DNA from: Candidatus Moraniibacteriota bacterium
GTDB taxonomy: Bacteria; Patescibacteriota; Minisyncoccia; Moranbacterales; UBA1568
NCBI GenBank assembly: GCA_018062205.1
Contig: JAGOSP010000003.1
Location: 17,220 to 81,219, forward strand
Length of the DNA: 64,000 nucleotides
Reading direction: 5' to 3'
Shown here in pieces: positions 1 to 10,323 of the stretch. The stretch's first letter is position 1; every line of letters begins with the position of its first letter. Made by a program: the position numbers and the translations under genes. The notes under the pieces are model-generated. The model worked only from the letters and a program-made list of their open reading frames with translations, did no database searches and was not told the origin of the DNA.

Positions 1-667
1 CCGTCGGAAAATCAGGACCCTTAATAAAGCCCATCAAATCATCAATAGTCGCTTCCGGATGATCAATCAGATGACAGATACCATCTACAAGTTCATTCAG
101 GTTGTGTGGTGGGATATTCGTTGCCATTCCAACTGCAATACCCACAGTACCGTTCAATAAAAGCTGCGGGAGTTTCGCTGGCAATACAGTTGGTTCTTCA
201 TGTACACCGTCAAAGTTCGGAATAAAATCAACCGTATCTTTCTCAATATCCAAAAGCATTTCTTCGGCAATTGGAGATAATTTTGCTTCTGTATAGCGGT
301 AAGCTGCAGCTCCGTCTCCATCCATTGAGCCGAAGTTCCCTTGTCCCCAAATAAGTGGGTACCGCAACGAAAAGTCCTGCGCCATGCGAACCATTGTGTC
401 GTACACTGCCGTATCACCATGTGGATGATATTTTCCCAGCACTTCACCGACAACCGTCGCTGATTTTCGAAATTTTGCGCTCGAACGAAGACCTGTTGAC
501 CACATGGAATACAGAATACGTCGATGTACTGGCTTTAATCCATCCCGAACATCAGGCAAAGCCCGAGCAACAATAACACTCATAGCATAATCAAGATAGG
601 ATTGTTGAACCTCATCTGTGATATTTCGTAGTTCTATTTTACCATCATGATAGTGTGAATCCGACAT
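1..667 (-). CDS. gyrA: DNA gyrase subunit A, N-terminal part (gene continues beyond window start)
   Basis: Reverse-strand translation from the ATG at 667 gives [50 protein letters not shown]...[10 protein letters not shown]...[11 protein letters not shown], i.e. the canonical GyrA N-terminus with the HPHGD motif and the catalytic-Tyr AAxRYTE motif. It is not in the ORF track because the reading frame runs off the window. Confidence 0.88.
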   Translation of the reverse strand, partial: MSDSHYHDGKIELRNITDEVQQSYLDYAMSVIVARALPDVRDGLKPVHRRILYSMWSTGLRSSAKFRKSATVVGEVLGKYHPHGDTAVYDTMVRMAQDFSLRYPLIWGQGNFGSMDGDGAAAYRYTEAKLSPIAEEMLLDIEKDTVDFIPNFDGVHEEPTVLPAKLPQLLLNGTVGIAVGMATNIPPHNLNELVDGICHLIDHPEATIDDLMGFIKGPDFPT

Positions 668-719
668 AAATCTTCTCAATCAATTTAGCTAGTTTTCATT
701 ATTCTTATCTGTTCCCTCT

Positions 720-1073
720 CTAGTTTGCGGTCTTTTCCTCGCTGTCCCCCTGATTTTTTGTTCGCATCTCATTCTCAAAAAAATCTTCAACTGGGAGAGA
801 TTCGCTTCCCGCGTTGAGTTTTTCTCCTTTTTCAAGTAATTCTGAAAGAGATTTTGTTGTATCCGGAGAACTCGGGAGCACCGGCACGACCTGATTTTTT
901 ATATCTTCAATCCCATTTGTTTCTGCCATCGAGCGAAGTCCCTCCTGCACCGAAACAAACCAGATGCCCAAAATTAAAACCATGGTCACTGAAACATACC
1001 CAAACATATATCGACGACGAATATCTTCGGGTTTCTGACGAATTTCATCAATAGTGTCCCAGAGTGAGCGCAT
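720..1073 (-). CDS. hypothetical small membrane protein (single TM helix)
   Basis: 117-aa ORF with one hydrophobic helix (YMFGYVSVTMVLILGIWFVSV); sits between the MBL-like gene and gyrA on the same strand. Confidence 0.4.
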   Translation of the reverse strand: MRSLWDTIDEIRQKPEDIRRRYMFGYVSVTMVLILGIWFVSVQEGLRSMAETNGIEDIKNQVVPVLPSSPDTTKSLSELLEKGEKLNAGSESLPVEDFFENEMRTKNQGDSEEKTAN

Positions 1074-1083
1074 AAATACAAGT

Positions 1084-1743
1084 TTAGCTATTGCTCAAAA
1101 GAACGATTTCCACTGTTTTTCCTTCGAGATCCTTCTTTTTAACATTATATTTGAGAATAGCCTCTTCCGGGCAATTTCCCAACACATCGCAGAATTTCTT
1201 CACTTCGCCTAAAGATATCTTCATCCCTGGTAAGGCATAATGCATAGGAATGGTCACTTTCGGTTCAATTTTCCGAACAAGATCATCAATTTTATCTAAA
1301 TCTAAAGTATCCGTCCCGTCGACTGGCATAAAAAGAATGTCGACATCTCCTAGTTTTTCAATCGTAGATGGCTCCAGCTCATGCCCCAAGGAACCAAGGA
1401 AGCACAGCCGTATTTCTTCTGATTCAATCAAAAAAATAGTGTTTCTTCCTTTTTGAACACCTTTTGCATTGTCTTTAAAACTCGGAAGTCCTACCAAGGT
1501 AATTCCATTCACGGCATATTCGCCAGGAGCGTCTAGCACCAAAGGAGAGCCCTTTAAAGCAGAGTCCTCAGCAGTATCTCGTTTTTGATGAGACAAAACG
1601 ACTATATGGACCTCTCCTTGTGGGGCGCGAAGACCCGTTTCTTTATCAGGTATATCAGTAACAATAGTAATATCTTCTGTGGCTCGGCCATTCGGCTTTG
1701 TGTTTATTTTAAAGCAAAAATCACCGTAGTATTGGATATTCAT
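1084..1743 (-). CDS. MBL-fold (Lactamase_B_3/UPF0173-like) hydrolase-like protein, metal ligands apparently degenerate
   Basis: 219 aa. Overall resemblance to UPF0173 metallo-hydrolases (MxIxYxGxxxFxI start, DILFMPVDGTDTLD core), but the HxHxDH motif is not conserved. Confidence 0.5.
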   Translation of the reverse strand: MNIQYYGDFCFKINTKPNGRATEDITIVTDIPDKETGLRAPQGEVHIVVLSHQKRDTAEDSALKGSPLVLDAPGEYAVNGITLVGLPSFKDNAKGVQKGRNTIFLIESEEIRLCFLGSLGHELEPSTIEKLGDVDILFMPVDGTDTLDLDKIDDLVRKIEPKVTIPMHYALPGMKISLGEVKKFCDVLGNCPEEAILKYNVKKKDLEGKTVEIVLLSNS

Positions 1744-2063
1744 AACAGGAAAAGTAGTCGATTACTTTGGGATTGTAGCACAGAAAAATGGCACTGTCGA
1801 TACGTAAACAAGCCAAAAAAAAGATCCTTCGGCTTGTCAAAATAAGAAAGACCTGTTACACTGGTTTTGCTCGATGTAAAAAATACTTTTAAAACAATTG
1901 AATATCCGGGATGCTTTTAATCCCCCAGCTATCGACTTTCGATACGTTTTTTCTTTCATTTAAAGGCACCTCGCTTCGTTTGGGTGTTTTTTGTTTTTTA
2001 TCCTGAGTATTCGGTTTTAATTATTATTTTTCGCTACCGAACGAAATATCAAGTAAAATCTCT

Positions 2064-3224
2064 ATGTCCGAAGTAAAAAATACAGCCGAAGTAAGTCAAA
2101 TGGAAAGTCTTCTTGCGAAGCACCTCATTGAAATCCCCAGTGTTGGTGATGTTGTTCATGGCATCGTCATGAATGTTTCCTCAAACTATGCCTTAATTGA
2201 TTTGGGTGCGCTTGGAACAGGAATTGTTCTGGGAAAAGAAATGCGTGATGGGCTCGGCGCTGATGGAAAACTCAAAATAGGAGCTGAGGTCAATGCGACT
2301 TTAACAAGCTTTGAAACAGAAGAAGGCTATATTGAGCTTTCTATTCGTGAAGCCTCCTATGAAAAGTCTTGGGAAGATATCGAAGAAAAATTAAATGCTC
2401 GTGAAATCGTACAGACCAAGGTGACAGATGCCAATAAGGGCGGTCTCATGATTGAGGTGAATGGCATCAGCGGTTTCCTTCCGGTTTCCCAGCTTTCAAG
2501 TGAACATTATCCACGCGTTGAAGATGGGGACAAAAATAAAATTCTTGAATTATTGAAGAAGCTCATCGGGCAAGAAATGAGTGTTCGTATTCTTGACGCT
2601 GATCGGATTAGTGAAAAGCTGATTGTGAGCGAAAAAGCTGCTCAAAGTGAGAAGGAGCGAGAACTTATCAATCGACTTCAGGTAGGCGATATTATTGAGG
2701 GAGAAGTAAGCGGTGTTGTTGATTTTGGTGCTTTTGTGAAGTTTTCCGCTCCAGAAAATGAAACAGGGAGAAAGGCTACTGAGAAACTTGAAGGCTTGGT
2801 TCATATTTCCGAACTTGCTTGGCAACTTATCGATGATCCCCGAGAAATTATCAAGACTGGCGAGCATGTCTCAGCTAAAATTATCGGTATTGAAGATGCT
2901 CGAATTTCACTGTCCATCAAAGCACTCAAAAATGATCCTTGGGAAAAAGTGAGTGAAAAATACAAAATAGACGATGAAGTGCAAGGAAAAATCGATAAAA
3001 TCAATCACTTTGGAGCATTCGTGTATCTTGATAAAGACATCCACGGACTCGCACATGTCAGCGAGTTCTCCGATGTCTATCCAGGACGCAAAATGGAAGA
3101 GGTATTTTCTACCGGAGAAACCTATGCCTGGCGTATTCTTTCCATTGAGGCAAAGAGCCATCGACTCGGTCTCCTCCCAGTCAAAGTTGGCTCAAAAGTA
3201 AAAGAAGAAAAAGCCACTCTCTAA
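2064..3224 (+). CDS. rpsA: 30S ribosomal protein S1 (short, 4x S1-domain form)
   Basis: 386 aa with repeated S1 RNA-binding domains (GxVxGxVxxxxxFGAFVxL-type repeats, e.g. GDIIEGEVSGVVDFGAFVKF, VQGKIDKINHFGAFVYL). Confidence 0.8.
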   Translation: MSEVKNTAEVSQMESLLAKHLIEIPSVGDVVHGIVMNVSSNYALIDLGALGTGIVLGKEMRDGLGADGKLKIGAEVNATLTSFETEEGYIELSIREASYEKSWEDIEEKLNAREIVQTKVTDANKGGLMIEVNGISGFLPVSQLSSEHYPRVEDGDKNKILELLKKLIGQEMSVRILDADRISEKLIVSEKAAQSEKERELINRLQVGDIIEGEVSGVVDFGAFVKFSAPENETGRKATEKLEGLVHISELAWQLIDDPREIIKTGEHVSAKIIGIEDARISLSIKALKNDPWEKVSEKYKIDDEVQGKIDKINHFGAFVYLDKDIHGLAHVSEFSDVYPGRKMEEVFSTGETYAWRILSIEAKSHRLGLLPVKVGSKVKEEKATL

Positions 3225-3232
3225 ATCTGAAA

Positions 3233-3268
3233 GAAAACATCCCGTTTCATGTGCGGGATGTTTTCTTC
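3233..3268 (+). terminator. rho-independent terminator after rpsA
   Basis: Hairpin ACATCCCG-loop-CGGGATGT followed by TTTCTTCT. Confidence 0.6.
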
Positions 3269-3276
3269 TCAACCGT

Positions 3277-3858
3277 ATGGATACGACGCATATTTTTATT
3301 ATCTCTGGCCCAGCTGGTTCCGGGAAAGACAGCATCATAGAGTGCCTCGGAAAAAATCTTCCGCTCGAACGCTTTATCACCACTACTACCCGTGCTAAAC
3401 GTCCCGGTGAATCCGAGGGAAATCCGTACTACTTTGTTTCACAAAAAACATTTGATTCCTCCATACAACAAGGAGCTTTTATTGAGCATTCAATCAATGA
3501 GAATGGCGCATCTTATGGTATAAGCGCGACAGAACTTCACCGAGTTACTCAGAAGAAGGACTGTTTTGGTATTTGGCAAACAGATTGGAAAGGGGTTCAG
3601 AGTATCAAAAAAATCTTTCCTGGTATACCGGCGATTTTTATCAGCGCTCCCCTCAATATACTCGAAGAACGAATTCGCTCTCGAGATACCACCAAAGACG
3701 AATCCTACTTCCTTGAACGCATGAGTTACACCAAAGAATGGCTCAAATATATAGATATCTATGACTACGTTGTCACAAATGAACAAGGAAAGCTCGCTCA
3801 AGCCGTTGCAGACGTTGAGCAAATTCTCCGCAACCACACGGAAGTCTCTTCCCTTTAA
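3277..3858 (+). CDS. gmk: guanylate kinase
   Basis: P-loop ISGPAGSGKDS; TTTRAKRPGESEGNPYYFVS matches the Gmk signature (ATTRxxRxGExxGxxYxFV). Confidence 0.85.
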   Translation: MDTTHIFIISGPAGSGKDSIIECLGKNLPLERFITTTTRAKRPGESEGNPYYFVSQKTFDSSIQQGAFIEHSINENGASYGISATELHRVTQKKDCFGIWQTDWKGVQSIKKIFPGIPAIFISAPLNILEERIRSRDTTKDESYFLERMSYTKEWLKYIDIYDYVVTNEQGKLAQAVADVEQILRNHTEVSSL

Positions 3859-3880
3859 AGCAAGGCGCGTCTTAAAACAG

Positions 3881-4828
3881 GTGCAAAACTTTGCTTCAGA
3901 TACTCATCTTTTCGAAAAAAAAACATCTCTTCTTGTCGCGGTCTCAGGAGGACCAGACAGTGTTTGTCTCCTCGATATTTTAGATTTTCTTAAAAAAAAA
4001 TATTCGACAGCACTCGCTATTGCCCATGTCAATTATCAGCTCCGGGGGAAAGAAGCTTCTGGTGAAGAACTTTTTGTACGGAAGCTAGCCGAACGCTATC
4101 AAATTCCCTGTTTTGTGAAACGGTATCCAAAGAGTTCCACGAAACACGACGAAGAATCCCTAAGAAATTTCCGCTACAATTTTTTTTCCCTTCTCTCAGA
4201 AAAAAATGGTTTTCATGCTATTGCTCTTGGCCACCACAAAAACGACCAGGCCGAAACGCTTCTCATGAATCTTCTTCGGGGATCTGGCCCGCTCGGTCTC
4301 GCTGGTATGCTTCCAAAACATGGAAAATATATCCGCCCCTTATTGAATACTTCGAGAGAAGACATCATTCAGTATCTTACTTCTTGCAAACTTTCTTTTA
4401 TGCAAGATATGAGTAACACCGATAGTCACTACACGCGTAATCGTATCCGACAAGAGCTTATTCCTTTTTTGCAAGAACGATTCAATCCGAATATTATTTC
4501 CACTCTTGCTCGGTCAGCAACACTTTTTAGCGAAACTCCTCCCACACCAGAGAAACCAACGAGTACCTGCACTATTACCTACTCTCCCAGCGGTGCCAAC
4601 TTCTCTCATCTTGATTTCTGCACTCTTTCAAGTCTTGCACAAAAAACACTCCTTCGTGATATTACAAAAAATCTTTCAAGGGGCACGCATACTCCAACTC
4701 AAGCAGTGCTCAATGAATTCAGAAAAGTTATTATCGCTACAAAAACACATTCTCCTTCTATGACAGCCGGACCATTGAAATGTACCCGGAATCATGATAG
4801 AGTATTCCTGTTATATTCACTCTCTTAA
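3881..4828 (+). CDS. tilS: tRNA(Ile)-lysidine synthetase (PP-loop ATPase)
   Basis: PP-loop SGGPDS (LLVAVSGGPDSVCLL) plus conserved TilS regions (HVNYQLRG, GHHKNDQAETLLMNLLRG). The track ORF starts at 3761 but overlaps gmk; an in-frame GTG at 3881 just upstream of the PP-loop is the more plausible start. Confidence 0.75.
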   Translation: MQNFASDTHLFEKKTSLLVAVSGGPDSVCLLDILDFLKKKYSTALAIAHVNYQLRGKEASGEELFVRKLAERYQIPCFVKRYPKSSTKHDEESLRNFRYNFFSLLSEKNGFHAIALGHHKNDQAETLLMNLLRGSGPLGLAGMLPKHGKYIRPLLNTSREDIIQYLTSCKLSFMQDMSNTDSHYTRNRIRQELIPFLQERFNPNIISTLARSATLFSETPPTPEKPTSTCTITYSPSGANFSHLDFCTLSSLAQKTLLRDITKNLSRGTHTPTQAVLNEFRKVIIATKTHSPSMTAGPLKCTRNHDRVFLLYSLS

Positions 4829-4836
4829 ATATCCCT

Positions 4837-6648
4837 ATGGAAACACTACTCAAAAATTTTTGGACGATTCTTATCGTTTTTTTCGTAGTTTCTGGTGTTT
4901 TGATTCTCATTGAAACACCCCAGAATAAACCAACCAATATTTCGCTCAGCGAGCTTGTTGATCAAATCAACCAAGGAAAAGTGAAGACGGTCTCTATCAC
5001 TGGCAACGACCTCTCTATAACACTCAAAGACGACAAAAAAGAAAAGGCTTCCAAAGAGTCTGAAAGCTCTCTCACGGAAACCCTCTCTAACTATGGCGTC
5101 GACAAAGATCGACTCAAAGACGTCTCTCTCATCGTGGAAGATCCTTCCGGGGCCTCCTACTGGGCGACGCTTCTTATTCCGTTTCTTCTCCCAATTCTCC
5201 TTATCGCTGGATTTATCTGGTTTATGTTGAGACAAGCTCAGCGTGGTAATTCACAAGCTCTCTCTTTTGGAATGTCAAAAGCGCGTATCCTGGATCCGAA
5301 AGACAAGCGCAAGCGTGTTACGTTTAAAGATATCGCTGGTGCTATTGAAGCAAAGCAAGAGCTCGAAGAAATCGTTGAATTTTTGAAACATCCAAAGAAA
5401 TTTCTCGCTATGGGAGCCAAGATTCCTAAGGGAGTCCTTTTGCTTGGTCCTCCAGGAACAGGGAAAACCCTGATGGCAAAAGCAGTTGCTGGCGAAGCCG
5501 GAGTCCCCTTCTTCAATATCTCTGGATCAGAATTTGTGGAAATGTTCGTTGGTGTTGGAGCCTCCCGCGTACGAGACCTTTTCAAGCAAGCAAAGAAAAA
5601 TTCTCCCGCTATCGTATTTATCGATGAAATTGATGCTGTAGGTCGTCATCGTGGAGCCGGACTCGGTGGTGGTCACGACGAACGAGAACAGACTCTCAAT
5701 CAGATCCTCGTTGAAATGGATGGATTTGAAACAGAAACCAGCGTCATCGTTGTTGCTGCTACTAATCGCCCTGACGTTCTTGATCCTGCGCTCCTCCGTC
5801 CCGGACGATTTGATCGTCGCGTCACTATGGATTTACCCGACATCAACGAACGCGAACAAATACTCAAAATTCATTCCAAAGGAAAGCCCGTAGCAGAATC
5901 AGTCAATGTTCGACGACTTGCAGAGAGAACTTCAGGCTTTTCTGGAGCGGATTTGGCAAATCTTGTTAACGAAGCAGCTATTCTTGCCACGCGACGTGAT
6001 AAAAAAACTATTGATATGGATGAATTAATTCTGTCTATCGAGAAGGTCATTCTTGGCCCAGAACGAAAGAGTAGGGTCGTGAATCCAAAAGAAAAAGAGG
6101 TTGTTGCTTATCACGAAGGTGGCCACGCCCTCGTTGCTGCTTCGCTTCCACATGCTGATCCAGTTCACAAAGTCTCTATTGTATCCCGCGGTCACGCTGG
6201 AGGATACACGCTTGCTGTACCAAGTGAAGACAAATATCTCCACTCAGAGGCTTATTTTCTTGATGAATTAGCAACTCTCCTTGGCGGATATGCAAGTGAA
6301 AAATTAGTTTTCAATAATACTACGACAGGGCCATCCAATGATCTCGAGCGAGCAACACATATGGCACGAAGCATGGTTACTCGTTATGGAATGAGCCAGC
6401 TTGGTGCACGTACATTTGGGCATAAAGATGAGCTTGTTTTTCTTGGAAAAGAGCTCCACGAAGATCGAAACTACTCTGAAAAAACAGCCGAGCAGATCGA
6501 CAATGAAGTTACCCGTCTTATCGATGAATCCCTCAAGAAAGCCACTAGTATTCTTATTAAACGCCGCGAAACACTCAATGCCATCGCGACAACTCTCTTA
6601 GAAAAAGAAACTATAGAAAAAGATGAGTTTGAAGCGCTTGTAAAATAG
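4837..6648 (+). CDS. ftsH: ATP-dependent zinc metalloprotease FtsH
   Basis: N-terminal TM anchor, AAA+ Walker A GPPGTGKT, Walker B IVFIDEID, second-region-of-homology, and zinc-protease HEGGHA motif. Confidence 0.95.
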   Translation: METLLKNFWTILIVFFVVSGVLILIETPQNKPTNISLSELVDQINQGKVKTVSITGNDLSITLKDDKKEKASKESESSLTETLSNYGVDKDRLKDVSLIVEDPSGASYWATLLIPFLLPILLIAGFIWFMLRQAQRGNSQALSFGMSKARILDPKDKRKRVTFKDIAGAIEAKQELEEIVEFLKHPKKFLAMGAKIPKGVLLLGPPGTGKTLMAKAVAGEAGVPFFNISGSEFVEMFVGVGASRVRDLFKQAKKNSPAIVFIDEIDAVGRHRGAGLGGGHDEREQTLNQILVEMDGFETETSVIVVAATNRPDVLDPALLRPGRFDRRVTMDLPDINEREQILKIHSKGKPVAESVNVRRLAERTSGFSGADLANLVNEAAILATRRDKKTIDMDELILSIEKVILGPERKSRVVNPKEKEVVAYHEGGHALVAASLPHADPVHKVSIVSRGHAGGYTLAVPSEDKYLHSEAYFLDELATLLGGYASEKLVFNNTTTGPSNDLERATHMARSMVTRYGMSQLGARTFGHKDELVFLGKELHEDRNYSEKTAEQIDNEVTRLIDESLKKATSILIKRRETLNAIATTLLEKETIEKDEFEALVK

Positions 6649-6776
6649 ACTCCCTCCTTTTTCTTCTATTACCGATGACTCTCACCTCTCTCTGTTACAC
6701 AGACTAAAGATTACTTCTCTTTATTTCTAGAAAGAGATACCTCCTATTTGCCAACTCTGATTTTTTCCATCTTTTT

Positions 6777-7670
6777 ATGTCACCCTTATTTCGAGTTCAA
6801 GCACTCATTTCTCGAACTTGGTATACAACATATGCCAACCCAAGTCTTTTAGTGTTTGGATTTTTAATTTCTATCATTACGCTCTCTCTTAATAGCTCTC
6901 TCTTCCCTTACACCGAAGCGCTTACCAATGGATTCTCGGAAAATATTTTTCGTATATTTTCTCCGTTTTTCCTCGCTTTTATTTTACTCGGACTCCTTTG
7001 TAAAACACTCGCTTCAAGCCAAATTTTTATTCTCGCGGCAAGCGAATTTCTTCAACGACCAACACTCCTCACCTTTCGTCATCGTTTCAGGAGTGCTTTT
7101 GTCTACGCGGGCATAGAGATATTCTACACGCTCCTTCTTATCTTCGCCTTTATCCTCCTCGCCCTTCCTTCGATATCAGAAAAAGAGCTGGCAGGACCCT
7201 TCTCTTCTATCATAATAAACATCTCTCTTGTCATTTTTTTTATCATAGCTATTTTTACCACAATCATAAAACACCTTGTTGTTGGATATTTCTTTCTTTC
7301 CCCTATTCGTTTACGTTCAAGTCTGCAGCTTTCCACTAAACTCTTCGTTCGATATCAATACTTCTCATTTTTTTCCTTCCTTTTCATTCTTCTTTTTTCT
7401 CTCCTCTTTACAATTCTTGAGAATCTCGTTATGCTTCAATACGTATTTATCGAGCGATTTTTACCCGGAATAGCACCGGAAACGTTCATTTATACAGCGC
7501 TCTTGTTCGCATACACCTTCGTATCAGTTTTTTCTGAGGTATTTTGGCTCCATTTCTTTCTTCTTCTAACCAATAAAAAACAGAAGTCTACAGATTCTCT
7601 ACCTCTTCTTCAAAAAGAACTCGGAGAAGTGTCGCCTATACCATCACAAAAAACCTTTCCGTTAGACTAA
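6777..7670 (+). CDS. hypothetical polytopic membrane protein
   Basis: 297 aa, ~7 hydrophobic helices, no recognisable motif. Confidence 0.45.
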   Translation: MSPLFRVQALISRTWYTTYANPSLLVFGFLISIITLSLNSSLFPYTEALTNGFSENIFRIFSPFFLAFILLGLLCKTLASSQIFILAASEFLQRPTLLTFRHRFRSAFVYAGIEIFYTLLLIFAFILLALPSISEKELAGPFSSIIINISLVIFFIIAIFTTIIKHLVVGYFFLSPIRLRSSLQLSTKLFVRYQYFSFFSFLFILLFSLLFTILENLVMLQYVFIERFLPGIAPETFIYTALLFAYTFVSVFSEVFWLHFFLLLTNKKQKSTDSLPLLQKELGEVSPIPSQKTFPLD

Positions 7671-7715
7671 ACAATCTTCAATACCCTACAATCAATCACT
7701 TCTCGTTATCTTTGT

Positions 7716-7789
7716 GAGTTCGTAGCTCAGCTGGTTAGAGCGCTACGTTGACATCGTAGAGGTCCCCAGTTCGAATCTGGGCGAACTCA
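7716..7789 (+). tRNA. tRNA-Val (anticodon GAC)
   Basis: Cloverleaf folded by hand: acceptor GAGTTCG/CGAACTC, D-arm GCTCAGCTGGTTAGAGC, anticodon stem CTACG/CGTAG with loop TTGACAT, T-loop TTCGAAT. No encoded CCA. Confidence 0.85.
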
Positions 7790-7887
7790 CAAAGATCATG
7801 AACTGTGACAATAGATTCGTTTTATTATTAAAAAGCACCTTTTTATGGGTGCTTTTTAATTTTCGCTTGTCTCTAAAAAATACCTCC

Positions 7888-8985
7888 TTAACGTCTACTC
7901 GATGAAAACGAATATCCGCTATCCTCACAAAAAATACATGATCCATCAGTAGCTCCCGTACTCGTCACTGTTTTTGACATTGAAACCGGTCTAGCTGCCT
8001 CTCTTTGTTGAGTTTCTCTTGAAAAAGCTGCCCCTATTCCCTCATTAGCAACATCATTTCCAACCTCCCTTGCAACCTGTACTCCAACATCTCCGAATTT
8101 ATTTCCAATTGTTCTTTCTACGCTCCCAAGACCCTGTTGAACAAGGCGATTTACGACCTGGTTCGCGTAAGAACCAATAACCCCAACCGCTAATTCTTCC
8201 GGATTTGATGCTGCCGTAATTACATCATCGGCCATTGTTTTTACCTTAACAACCATTCCTTCAAGCAATGCCGATGGAGCAACCACTTTCCCATCTTTTT
8301 CTTTTGGTATAAATCCAGATGCTTGTGCTTTTACTTTCTGTATTTCCTCTCTTTCTGAGAGCGTGGAATAATAAAGCTCCTTTGCCTGAAAGGAAGCACC
8401 TATAGAATTATTCATTGGGTTCGTCACCATTTGATTCAGATCACGCACCGAAATCCCTCCCCTTAAACTTGGATTCAAACTCCTTGAATCAAAATCAAAT
8501 CTTGGTGTCTCCTTCCGAACAGCCAGTTTCATAGATTGAGTTACCTCTGCGGCCACATTTGTTTGTCTACCAAGGCCACCTGAGAATGTTCCCACTATAC
8601 CACCCACCTCAACATAATTAGACACTGAAAATGTTCCACGCATCGATGTTGTAAAAAAATCATTCATCACATCGTTCGTGTAACTCTTCGATACTCCGTA
8701 AATATATTCTTTAAAATCCGTTACAAAAAGTGGTTCGTTTCCAGAACCTCCACCAAAAGCCTTGTCAATTTGCTTATCTAACATCTTAATAGCCGCGCTT
8801 TTCAACTGCGAAAGAAGGATGCCTTCAATATACCGATCTAATCTATCTAGCATTTTCTGGACCAGTGCCGCAATCATATTTGATCCCCACATATCAGCCT
8901 GAGCAGAATGAAGAGGAACACTAAAACCAATGGTGCAAACCATGAAAATCATCAGAATATTCAGACGAATTTTTTTCCACACCAT
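7888..8985 (-). CDS. hypothetical secreted protein (signal peptide)
   Basis: 365 aa. N-terminal signal peptide (MVWKKIRLNILMIFMVCTIGFSVPLHSAQA) and a Gly/Ser/Thr/Val/Asn-rich mature region. No identifiable catalytic motif. Confidence 0.5.
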   Translation of the reverse strand: MVWKKIRLNILMIFMVCTIGFSVPLHSAQADMWGSNMIAALVQKMLDRLDRYIEGILLSQLKSAAIKMLDKQIDKAFGGGSGNEPLFVTDFKEYIYGVSKSYTNDVMNDFFTTSMRGTFSVSNYVEVGGIVGTFSGGLGRQTNVAAEVTQSMKLAVRKETPRFDFDSRSLNPSLRGGISVRDLNQMVTNPMNNSIGASFQAKELYYSTLSEREEIQKVKAQASGFIPKEKDGKVVAPSALLEGMVVKVKTMADDVITAASNPEELAVGVIGSYANQVVNRLVQQGLGSVERTIGNKFGDVGVQVAREVGNDVANEGIGAAFSRETQQREAARPVSMSKTVTSTGATDGSCIFCEDSGYSFSSSRR

Positions 8986-9002
8986 ATACCATTCTTACTC
9001 AA

Positions 9003-9995
9003 CTACAAATCTACAGGTATCAAATCTATCCCAAGTTTTTTAAATTCAGCTTGTATATCGGATGCCAAGCTTGTAGCGAAACCAAGCAAACCTTGTACTT
9101 GTGAAAGTAATGAAATTTGTCCCATCGGATCGTTCCCAACCTCACCAAAAGCATCTGCCAATCCAATAGAAAAAAGCGCTAATTGCAAAGCTTTTACATG
9201 CGTTGAGACCATATTTTCTGGAACCTCAATATCCTTAACGTTATTCAAAAAAACTTCTGCCTTTCCCTTGTTTTTCAAAAGAACAGCGAAATTCCCCGTT
9301 GAAAGGGCACTCATAATATCGCTCACCATCGAAGATGCGGCTAAATCCAAATCTCCATTATTTTTTAAGGCAATTGGCGAGTTGTTTGCTACCAAATAAG
9401 ACAAGGCGGTAAGGTATTCTATTGTTGCATCCTTTTCCCTCTTTAAACATTTCTCTTCCTCTTCTGAATCCTTACATTTTATCTTTTTGATATGAATACT
9501 CTTAATATCCACCTCCGGAAATTCAACATTCACTCTTGACTGCTGGAGCAGTTGTTCAACTGAATCATTAATATCTTGCATTTTCACCGACGAATTTTCA
9601 CTGGAAACATTAGACAATATGCCCACCACCTCCCGCGATGCCGCTTCTGTAACATTTGTTGTTTTTGATTCCGTTGGCATATCATCATACCCACCTCTAC
9701 CAAGACCATCCTCAGGTGTACTTAATTTGTCTCCTGGCGCAGGCCTCAGTGGATCATACCCACTTTCAACTTCAATACCATCGTTATAACTATCACCATC
9801 AGTGTCTTTTACGAAAGGATCGGTGCCAAATATTCTTTCTTCCTCATCACTCAAACCATCTTGATCTGCATCACGAAAAAGAGAATATTCCTTTGTATCC
9901 TGCTCATCTGCAGAAACATAAAACCCTACTGACAAAGCCAGTAGAACAAAAAAAATAAAGCTTGTTTTTTGAGGAAAAGTAAAAATATTTTTCAC
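9003..9995 (-). CDS. hypothetical secreted protein with thrombospondin-type-3-like calcium-binding Asp repeats
   Basis: 330 aa. Signal peptide, then DADQDGLSDEEE...DPFVKDTDGDSYNDGIE (DxDxDG repeats). Lies 8 bp upstream of the preceding secreted-protein gene, so probably co-transcribed. Confidence 0.5.
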   Translation of the reverse strand: MKNIFTFPQKTSFIFFVLLALSVGFYVSADEQDTKEYSLFRDADQDGLSDEEERIFGTDPFVKDTDGDSYNDGIEVESGYDPLRPAPGDKLSTPEDGLGRGGYDDMPTESKTTNVTEAASREVVGILSNVSSENSSVKMQDINDSVEQLLQQSRVNVEFPEVDIKSIHIKKIKCKDSEEEEKCLKREKDATIEYLTALSYLVANNSPIALKNNGDLDLAASSMVSDIMSALSTGNFAVLLKNKGKAEVFLNNVKDIEVPENMVSTHVKALQLALFSIGLADAFGEVGNDPMGQISLLSQVQGLLGFATSLASDIQAEFKKLGIDLIPVDL

Positions 9996-10323
9996 AGTTT
10001 TCTTTTGAGTTATTATATCATGTCTGTTGCAAATTACGAATAGCGCAGCAGGTATCTATTTCATTTCCCTAAAAAAGTATCTTGATCTATTTTTTTTCTT
10101 TGCTGTTTTAACCTTACTCCACAAAGCATGTTAATCTCCTTATCTTTTTGTAAATATAAAATTTTGATGTCCCTTTTTTTATCTTAAGATTATATTCTTT
10201 GCTCTCCACAAAAGCACAAATAACACTTTTAGACTCTATAAACCACAGTTTCTCTTCCAAATTAAAAAACCTCTGCATTCAATATTGTTATTCAGAAAAC
10301 ATCCTACTGTTTTTCTATATAAT

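Noticed and set aside
3761-3880. ATG at 3761 as tilS start
   Set aside because: Would overlap the last ~100 nt of gmk in another frame, and the extension has no similarity to the TilS N-terminus. In-frame GTG 3881 just ahead of the PP-loop is preferred.
4846-5585. Antisense ORFs inside ftsH (4846-5235, 5238-5585)
   Set aside because: Fully embedded opposite a strongly supported, motif-rich gene. Such antisense ORFs also appear inside nrdA, PBP1A, pilB and polA (for example 20711-21171, 37729-38569, 49040-49496, 55832-56227). All are treated as spurious.
7705-7800. Extended inverted flanks around tRNA-Val(GAC) (TCTTTGTGAGTT...AACTCACAAAGA)
   Set aside because: Simply a 12-bp extension of the acceptor stem into precursor flanks. 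No target-site duplication or integrase nearby, so not called a mobile-element remnant.
8908-9399. 163-aa plus-strand ORF overlapping the two secreted-protein genes
   Set aside because: Overlaps the ends of two signal-peptide-bearing minus-strand genes; low-complexity translation; no start context.
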